Virus record (IMG/VR): IMGVR_UViG_3300009095_000017
Span: 247-64,246 of that record
Source of the DNA: a virus
Taxonomy: Duplodnaviria > Caudoviricetes
Length of the DNA: 64,000 nt
Direction: 5' to 3' (one strand)
A model generated the notes under the pieces. That model was not told the DNA's origin. It saw nothing but the letters and a program-made list of their open reading frames with translations, and ran no database searches. This document shows, in pieces, positions 57,847 through 64,000 of the stretch; position 1 is the stretch's first letter; every line of letters starts with the position of its first letter. A program made the translations under genes and the position numbers.

Positions 57847-58743
57847 TTACGGTAACAGCTCAAGTACCGGGAGGAGATACGCTACGACGTCCCATGTAGC
57901 AGAGCTTATTTGAGTTGCAGGGTTCGAATTGATGTTAAACGCAGCGGCTGAATTGTTCAGGGCCATGCCCTGTGCAGGGACCTTTAGATTCGTCACCAGA
58001 GTATCCCAGTGATCCAGTGGCGGTGTCCCGGCTTCACGATAGGTCGGTGCAGCACAACGGTACAGGGTTCGACGAACTTCGCCGCCGTTGGCCAGCTCGG
58101 ACTTTAAGTAAACGCTCAGATCACCGTTGTCGATTCGCGGTGCGCGGACCTTATACTGCTGACCCCCGACTTCTATAATGCGCAGCTGATTGGTAGGGAC
58201 GAGGCCAGAGTGAAACAAATGACTAGGGCCTACGTCATCAATTCCATAGATCAAGCCAGCATGGTAATACGAGTAGTATCTTGCTGAGAGGATGGATGAC
58301 GAAGGGATGAACAGGATCTTCTGGTCGAGAACAAATTTCAACCACTTCCAGCTAGTTTCCTTATGCACCGTGATGTCCGCGGGATTTCCGAGCAACGACA
58401 GCAGTGTCGCCGCGTTAATGAAATCGGAAGGGCTCACTTGGCCGAAATATCCTTCTTCCCACGTACCCCCGATCAACGTGTTGCTGCCGGGTCCCGTGGT
58501 CGGGTACCAAGCAAAGATCTGATCTTGGGTCAGGTAGCGATCTTCGCCATTGAAGAACCCAAGGCGATAATGGTAACTCACTCTCGCCAGCGCTGTCTCG
58601 TCCAGATACTGCGTGCTGTCCGGGGACAGGATCGCTATCGGCTCTGGCAACTCTACCGGGTTTATGTATTGCGTGGATCGAAACACACGAATCGAAGTGC
58701 ACCGGGCCTTATTCGCATCAGGCCAATCGAGTCGGATCGCCAT
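57847..58743 (-). CDS. Virion structural protein (FN3-like N-terminus plus GP..L..G...GYFG domain)
   Basis: Paralogue of the two adjacent ORFs. Confidence 0.65.
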   Translation of the reverse strand: MAIRLDWPDANKARCTSIRVFRSTQYINPVELPEPIAILSPDSTQYLDETALARVSYHYRLGFFNGEDRYLTQDQIFAWYPTTGPGSNTLIGGTWEEGYFGQVSPSDFINAATLLSLLGNPADITVHKETSWKWLKFVLDQKILFIPSSSILSARYYSYYHAGLIYGIDDVGPSHLFHSGLVPTNQLRIIEVGGQQYKVRAPRIDNGDLSVYLKSELANGGEVRRTLYRCAAPTYREAGTPPLDHWDTLVTNLKVPAQGMALNNSAAAFNINSNPATQISSATWDVVAYLLPVLELLP

Positions 58744-58744
58744 G

Positions 58745-59662
58745 TCAGTTACCTCCCTCTATGAGTTCTAATACGGGACGCCAGATATACGAGGCAGTAC
58801 CTACATTAATGCTGACGTTGGCGTATCCGGTTGGCAGAGTGCTTGCACCGCGCCGAACTACTGTGGTAGAGCTGTATAACTCTTGCACTGCGGTGTAGCC
58901 AAACACTTCCATAAGTGCCACTTTGGGCATGCGCTGCTTCACGGGGGTCTGTTTGGATGACATGGGGTACATGAAGTCATCCCATTCATTGCTGGGCCAG
59001 GTCGCACTATTGTCCTCTGTACCGTTAGCCGCCGGTTCAACAGTAACATCATCACTGAACCCGCGCATCAACCGGACAATATAGCGGTCACCCTCGATGG
59101 TCACTGTTTTCAATTGATTAACGGGAGCAGGGTTGGGAATGTATGGTTGCCCTTCGTGATAAGGTGCATCAATACCGTACACCAGCCCTGCGTTATAAAG
59201 CGTAGTCCAGCTGATGCTGTTGACCAAGGTATTGTCTGGAACGAAAATCACTTTGTTATTGCGAATGAACTTGTGCCAGATAGGGGTTTCGACGTTAACG
59301 ATACCGGCATTGAGGCCCACTTCATTCATCAACCGACGAGTGTCGATAAAATCCATCGATGTACAGGAACCAAAATATCCGTAATCAAAATTTCCATATT
59401 GTAGTTTGTTTGGTCCAGTACCGCGACGAGGGGCGTCCTCGATGACATATACCTTGGATATTGCTTGATGTTCACCCTTACGCGCTACGATGACGTAGTA
59501 ATAGGTCAAACCAAATAGCGTCCCAGTGTCAACGTATTCTATCGCTCCGGCTGGGAGGCGGGCAACCGGTTCACCCAGCGCAGCACGATCCAGTGGCTCC
59601 GTTGAGCGATAAACATCGATCTCAGCGTTGCTTGGATTTATCCAGCGTAACGTAGTGGCCAT
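58745..59662 (-). CDS. Virion structural protein (FN3-like N-terminus plus GYFG domain)
   Basis: GTGPNKLQYGNFDYGYFG...WHKF...IFVP...W..LYNAGLVYG. Confidence 0.65.
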   Translation of the reverse strand: MATTLRWINPSNAEIDVYRSTEPLDRAALGEPVARLPAGAIEYVDTGTLFGLTYYYVIVARKGEHQAISKVYVIEDAPRRGTGPNKLQYGNFDYGYFGSCTSMDFIDTRRLMNEVGLNAGIVNVETPIWHKFIRNNKVIFVPDNTLVNSISWTTLYNAGLVYGIDAPYHEGQPYIPNPAPVNQLKTVTIEGDRYIVRLMRGFSDDVTVEPAANGTEDNSATWPSNEWDDFMYPMSSKQTPVKQRMPKVALMEVFGYTAVQELYSSTTVVRRGASTLPTGYANVSINVGTASYIWRPVLELIEGGN

Positions 59663-60483
59663 TATTCAACTCCTTGGAAGGAAGGTAGTACGGGGGTAAA
59701 TTCGCTGTTGACGTAGGACATTTGACGGATGACCTGCGGTCCGGTATTCGCAAAGTTGGGCGCAATCATTTCCCAATCGGTGTTTACTCTATCGAGGATG
59801 ACAGGTGCAGGGAATCCTTCCATTGGCGATTCGATGTATTCGAGCACCGGGAACCAAAGACCATTAACGGTGGTAGAAAGCCCTGTAGCCGTACTACCAT
59901 TAATGTAAACGACCAGACGGTTAGCCAACGTAGCCGCCCACGCTTCCTTGGTTAGAATTCTGCTGGTGATGCCGCTGGAATTGAAGTTCCAAATAGCGCT
60001 AGGAGAAGATGAATACAACCTATAAAACAATCGATCCCATTCGGACCCAGTCGTATCGGCGGTAGCCGGATCGGTCAATGAACCCGATATCAACCGAATA
60101 CGGAATTGCTCGTATCGCCCATTAATTTTTGAAAGAAAGGTTTTTCCTTGATCCACCATTGGGGTCAGGGGATACGCGCCCGGACCCGGTTCACCGTACA
60201 CCAGTCCACACGAATACAAGGCTTTCCACGTGGCTTCGGTGGCCAGAGGTTTCTCGGGGAAATAAAGGATCTTTCCCTGATAGGCCAGTTTGACCCAGCG
60301 TACATTCGTATCGACAGTGATATCGGGTAGGGTCAAGTAAGTCTTAACGATATCTTCGACTTGGATGAATGGTCCCTCGACATCGCCGAAGATACCCAAA
60401 TCCATGGTACCGTAAACCAACTCGCTCGGGCCGGGAGCACTGGGTATTCGTCCCCCAGTACTATTTAAAATAAGTTCAAACAT
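59662..60483 (-). CDS. Virion structural protein (GYFG-type domain, MFELIL start)
   Basis: ggagg RBS; PGPSELVYG...WVKL...LYFP...W.ALY..GLVYG. Confidence 0.65.
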   Translation of the reverse strand: MFELILNSTGGRIPSAPGPSELVYGTMDLGIFGDVEGPFIQVEDIVKTYLTLPDITVDTNVRWVKLAYQGKILYFPEKPLATEATWKALYSCGLVYGEPGPGAYPLTPMVDQGKTFLSKINGRYEQFRIRLISGSLTDPATADTTGSEWDRLFYRLYSSSPSAIWNFNSSGITSRILTKEAWAATLANRLVVYINGSTATGLSTTVNGLWFPVLEYIESPMEGFPAPVILDRVNTDWEMIAPNFANTGPQVIRQMSYVNSEFTPVLPSFQGVE

Positions 60484-60702
60484 GTAACCTCCTAAATGGC
60501 CTACATAGGATTTAACCCATTGTATGTACAGGCAATGTTCGCATTGCACCTAAGGAGGTGATCCGGCCATTCTCTCTCGACTGGTGGTCACGCTGGGAAG
60601 CGTTATCCGTCAGTCACAGCTGCCTGTACAGGGAGGGCTTCGGCCCTCCCTTTTATGCCGTCTCCAAAGAAAAAAAGAAAGGAGGGCCGAAGCCCTCCCT
60701 CA

Positions 60703-61170
60703 TTAACTCCAATTCTGGACCACGAGTCCATTGACCAAATCACTCATGGACTCATGGTCCATGCAATTCGGGAAATGGGAAATGGTGGAGTTGGCGCAGA
60801 ATGGACGGGTGCGTCCGGCATACCGTTCGAACCCCACGGTGAGATGCTCCTCCGTCTTGTGGATCAGAGCGGCGCGGCCCTGGTCGCAAAAGAATGCGGA
60901 GAATCCCAGTGGGATGTCAGAGTCCTCGTGCATTGCGGCTGCTTTGAAGTACCCAGTGCCGTTGGCCCAGGATTCTTTGTAGGGAATCTTCTTGACCGTC
61001 TGAACCCGTTCAAAGAAATCACCGATGCACTCGGCAGACGGTGATTTTATTTCACGACCCAGGTGGTCGATGTTGTCATTGAGCCTGAGTTCGCTCAGGT
61101 CAAGATTTAGGTTCATGGTGAGCAGTCGCATCGTGCCGTTGATACGGTTGATAAGATTAGATACAAACAT
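60703..61170 (-). CDS. Hypothetical protein
   Basis: Start MFVSNL with ggag RBS. Confidence 0.55.
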   Translation of the reverse strand: MFVSNLINRINGTMRLLTMNLNLDLSELRLNDNIDHLGREIKSPSAECIGDFFERVQTVKKIPYKESWANGTGYFKAAAMHEDSDIPLGFSAFFCDQGRAALIHKTEEHLTVGFERYAGRTRPFCANSTISHFPNCMDHESMSDLVNGLVVQNWS

Positions 61171-61219
61171 GATGTTTCTCCTAGAGGAATAAGAGGGGGA
61201 CCGAAGTCCCCCAAAATGG

Positions 61220-61702
61220 TTAAAGGTTGACTTGACGCTGGTCGAATTCTTCCAGCGATTGGTCCAGTTGCATGTAACTCTTTTCGCGGACGATCCAATC
61301 TGCCCATGCCTTGATGTGGGCATTGACCTTTCTGATCACTGGTTTTCCCCTGAACGCATCGTCCAAGGCTTCTAGGAGACGTTCCAGTTTGACCCCATAA
61401 AGGACCGCTTCGGTGAGGAACCCGATGTACTTCGGACGCAGCAACACTTCAAGCTTCACCCAGTTGACGCTCACCTGGATGCCGCCGTACTCGTAGAACG
61501 CGATGTAGCCGGTGGAACCGGCTACGAAGATGGCCTTGCGGCCATTGACGGTGCAGGCGATACGCCGACCGAAGTACCCGTGCAGACGGGCCCACTGCTG
61601 GATCTCATGCCCAGCCTTGTGGAATTCTTCGGTGAATACCCCACTGAACGGGGCATCGGAGAATTGCTTCAAGAATGCATACTGGCTAACGTCCATTTGC
61701 AT
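61220..61702 (-). CDS. Hypothetical protein
   Basis: Start MQMDVS with aggag RBS. Confidence 0.55.
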   Translation of the reverse strand: MQMDVSQYAFLKQFSDAPFSGVFTEEFHKAGHEIQQWARLHGYFGRRIACTVNGRKAIFVAGSTGYIAFYEYGGIQVSVNWVKLEVLLRPKYIGFLTEAVLYGVKLERLLEALDDAFRGKPVIRKVNAHIKAWADWIVREKSYMQLDQSLEEFDQRQVNL

Positions 61703-61713
61703 TTTCTTTCTCC

Positions 61714-62064
61714 TTAGCGGCGAATGTCGTTGAAGGTCGATGCGCGGCGCATCGACAGTAGTTTGATTGCACCAAAGCCAGCCGCCAGCTGACTGAAGAG
61801 CAATGCAGCTGTCAGGAAGCCCTCCTGCGCAACGATAGTCTGCACCATCGCGATCATCGCGATCAAGGCCAGCGAACTGGCAGCGGCGCAGTACACTGTC
61901 AGTATCCATTCACCCCGGTGGCGATTGACGGCACTGTAGTACACTGCATAGGCACAAAGACCCAGCAGCGCAATGATCACCATTGCTTCACGCACATAAG
62001 GGATCTGGGCCAGAAGGCCCACTATGGTAAACAGACCCGAGAGAATCATCAATACTGCTTTCAT
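61714..62064 (-). CDS. Multi-pass membrane protein
   Basis: Four hydrophobic segments. Confidence 0.65.
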   Translation of the reverse strand: MKAVLMILSGLFTIVGLLAQIPYVREAMVIIALLGLCAYAVYYSAVNRHRGEWILTVYCAAASSLALIAMIAMVQTIVAQEGFLTAALLFSQLAAGFGAIKLLSMRRASTFNDIRR

Positions 62065-62116
62065 GATAGTTCCTTAGCGGTTAACGACAGCAACACCATT
62101 GTCGACTGTCAAAAGA

Positions 62117-62130
62117 ACAATGTAGGTTTG
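62117..62130 (-). promoter_or_regulatory. Putative phage promoter motif
   Basis: Minus strand caaacctacattgt. Confidence 0.6.
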
Positions 62131-62146
62131 AAAAAACATGGAATCA

Positions 62147-62182
62147 GCATACAGGGAGGTGGATATCCACCTCCCTGTATGC
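62147..62182. terminator. Perfect 36-bp palindrome, hairpin family
   Basis: gcatacagggaggtggat|atccacctccctgtatgc. Confidence 0.8.
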
Positions 62183-62191
62183 CTCTCCTTT

Positions 62192-63073
62192 TTATTCAGC
62201 CAAGATTGTCAGATGCCAAACTTCCGGGCTAACGACGAACCCGGCGGCACTCGGGTGACCGCCACCGCCCAAACGTTCAGCCAGTTTGCGCACGTCCACG
62301 GTACCGGCGCGAGCGCGCAACGAAACCTGGTACTGGCCATCCGACCGGATGTAATAGAGCACTGCAAAGGGCGCGCTTTGTGCGGCGCGGTCACCGATAA
62401 CCGAGGTCAGGTACTTGGGTGCGTTGATCACCGGTACTCGGTAGCCAAAGACGGAACAGATCTGCGTGGCGTGTTCCAGGTGCCATTGGACGTCCAGTTG
62501 CTCTTTGGCCAGCAGTTCATTGCCGGCCCTTGCCACATTTTCAATACCTGCCAAATGTTCCAAGTTACGGTAAAGCTGAGTCCAATTGTCGAAGGTCATC
62601 TCCGACGCATACAGCGCCGCACAGATCGCTTTGGTGTGGTTGAATTGAAACTTCCACAGGTCTCTATCTTCGACAAAATAGATCAACCCCGGAATGCGCT
62701 TCGCATCGGGATAGAAATACTCCCATGTCAACCGACAACCCGACTTACTGGTGTCGAGAATCAGCTCTAGGTTATCCGGGCGCGGGTGTTTGCTGTAATA
62801 CTCGTTAAGACGGTCGACAGCACTTTGGTGATGGTCCAACACGGTGACACGGGCCGCTTTGGCGCAGAGCGCGTCGAGTTCGGCGCCGGGTAGGCTGAAA
62901 TCAACAATGTAAACCGTGTCACCGTCGAAGTCACTGGTGTCGAGCGGGACATTGTACACCGCTGGAACCGCACGCAGCTTATTTTGATAGTGGTGACTTA
63001 CGACCCAGGCAGCGGTGAAGCCATCCAGGCAATCAGCATGATAAATACAGCTAACCTTGTTAGGGGTGGACAT
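62192..63073 (-). CDS. DHH/DHHA1 family phosphoesterase
   Basis: YHADCLDG, IVDFS, VLDHH, DRDLW, GGGGHPSAAGF. Confidence 0.88.
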   Translation of the reverse strand: MSTPNKVSCIYHADCLDGFTAAWVVSHHYQNKLRAVPAVYNVPLDTSDFDGDTVYIVDFSLPGAELDALCAKAARVTVLDHHQSAVDRLNEYYSKHPRPDNLELILDTSKSGCRLTWEYFYPDAKRIPGLIYFVEDRDLWKFQFNHTKAICAALYASEMTFDNWTQLYRNLEHLAGIENVARAGNELLAKEQLDVQWHLEHATQICSVFGYRVPVINAPKYLTSVIGDRAAQSAPFAVLYYIRSDGQYQVSLRARAGTVDVRKLAERLGGGGHPSAAGFVVSPEVWHLTILAE

Positions 63074-63365
63074 CGAACTCATCCTCAGTAGTCTCTCTGT
63101 ACAAGTACCAATAGCCAATGCAAATGGACAGGGTCGAGATGACGAAAATGGAAAAGGCAAACAGGAATCCGAATTGGTCGTTATTGTACGACCAGCCGAT
63201 CAGGAATCCCGAAAGCAGTAGGTTCAGGTAACCGCGCTTGCCGCTGTACGCATTTACCACGCGGGCCGCTTGATCGCCGGTGTAGCGCAGGCTGAGAAGG
63301 ATACGCAGGTTGAGAACAGTAACCAAAGAGATCACTGCGATACAACTGATTTCAAACACGACCAC
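63060..63365 (-). CDS. Membrane protein
   Basis: Three hydrophobic segments. Confidence 0.55.
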   Translation of the reverse strand: MVVFEISCIAVISLVTVLNLRILLSLRYTGDQAARVVNAYSGKRGYLNLLLSGFLIGWSYNNDQFGFLFAFSIFVISTLSICIGYWYLYRETTEDEFDVHP

Positions 63366-63374
63366 AACTGTTCC

Positions 63375-63797
63375 TCAATGTCGCTTGGTTAGGATACGGG
63401 TAGCCAAGTCGCGCTTCGGGTCATCCCGGTAGTCGTAGGTTATCGTAACGGTGTCATTGACGACGACGTCGTACACATCGCCGTTTAACTCACCGCTGTG
63501 CTCACGTAACATATCGAGTACTTCTCGGACCATCGCCGGGGTGATGTCCGCCGGGGGTTTACGGATCACGAAGTGTATCGCTGCGAGATTGTGCTGGAAA
63601 CGGTGGTAGATGTCACCGCCAGATGCAGACCGGTAACGCTGCCGGTGGGTATATCGGTACACGCTATACAAGTTGCGGCGACCGGATTTACTGGTGGTAA
63701 ACGGCATCAGTTCGCGTTTGTTGCGACCGATGGTCACTTCCAAGGTTTTATTGTCGTTGTACAGATGGGTAGTCCCCGCGATCACATCGGCACGCAT
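63375..63797 (-). CDS. Hypothetical protein
   Basis: 140-aa ORF with ggag RBS. Confidence 0.55.
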   Translation of the reverse strand: MRADVIAGTTHLYNDNKTLEVTIGRNKRELMPFTTSKSGRRNLYSVYRYTHRQRYRSASGGDIYHRFQHNLAAIHFVIRKPPADITPAMVREVLDMLREHSGELNGDVYDVVVNDTVTITYDYRDDPKRDLATRILTKRH

Positions 63798-63918
63798 GAA
63801 TGCTCTCCTAACACGTGTTTAAATGTCAAGCTATACCAGAGGGGCTAATAGTTAGAATTAACGGTTTAAAGTTAGCGATTTTATACTATGCCCCTCAGTT
63901 TCTTTAAAAGGTTTCACT

Positions 63919-64000
63919 ATGTTCGAAACGATATTCAATGCTAGTGACGATCGGCCTAGACCATTTAGTCAGTTGACCGAGTTGTATGGCATCGATGCCA
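63919..64000 (+). CDS. 5' fragment of a gene starting MFETIFN (runs off the window)
   Basis: aaggt RBS; open frame MFETIFNASDDRPRPFSQLTELYGIDA. Confidence 0.5.
   Translation, partial: MFETIFNASDDRPRPFSQLTELYGIDA

Noticed and set aside
1-64000. Stop-codon recoding; direct evidence of the phage nucleus (chimallin/PhuZ)
   Set aside because: Core genes are intact in the standard code. Chimallin and PhuZ were not recognised in this window, so a nucleus-forming lifestyle is inferred only from phiKZ-like core genes.

Overview
This is a 64-kb segment of a phiKZ-like (Chimalliviridae-type) jumbo phage genome, probably infecting a proteobacterium, and it reads in the standard genetic code. It holds the conserved core morphogenesis/replication block: portal, baseplate/tail proteins, RuvC-like resolvase, CYTH protein, a split RNA polymerase beta-type subunit, the major capsid protein and DnaB. 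Beside this are an NPHxVTK-repeat tail-fibre cluster with chaperone and a modular endolysin, and three Kelch beta-propeller genes. Nucleotide/DNA metabolism genes include dcd, a degenerate DHFR, a split class II RNR (nrdJa/nrdJb), NAD-dependent ligase and a SNF2-type helicase. Accessory genes include an ATP-grasp protein, an HslV-like peptidase and a DHH phosphoesterase. Intergenic DNA carries a family of GCATA..GGAGGG-loop-CCCTCC..TATGC hairpins and a recurring CA(A/G)nnnTACAT(T/C)(A/G)T promoter-like motif upstream of minus-strand genes. The most unusual element is a ~950-nt region without a credible ORF (52594-53540). It folds by eye into a dense multi-helix RNA whose ends pair with each other, with candidate pseudoknots and G-U pairs favouring the + strand. 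It is a candidate large 'ornate' phage non-coding RNA that I could not assign to a known class. All family assignments come from motif recognition and synteny, not database searches.
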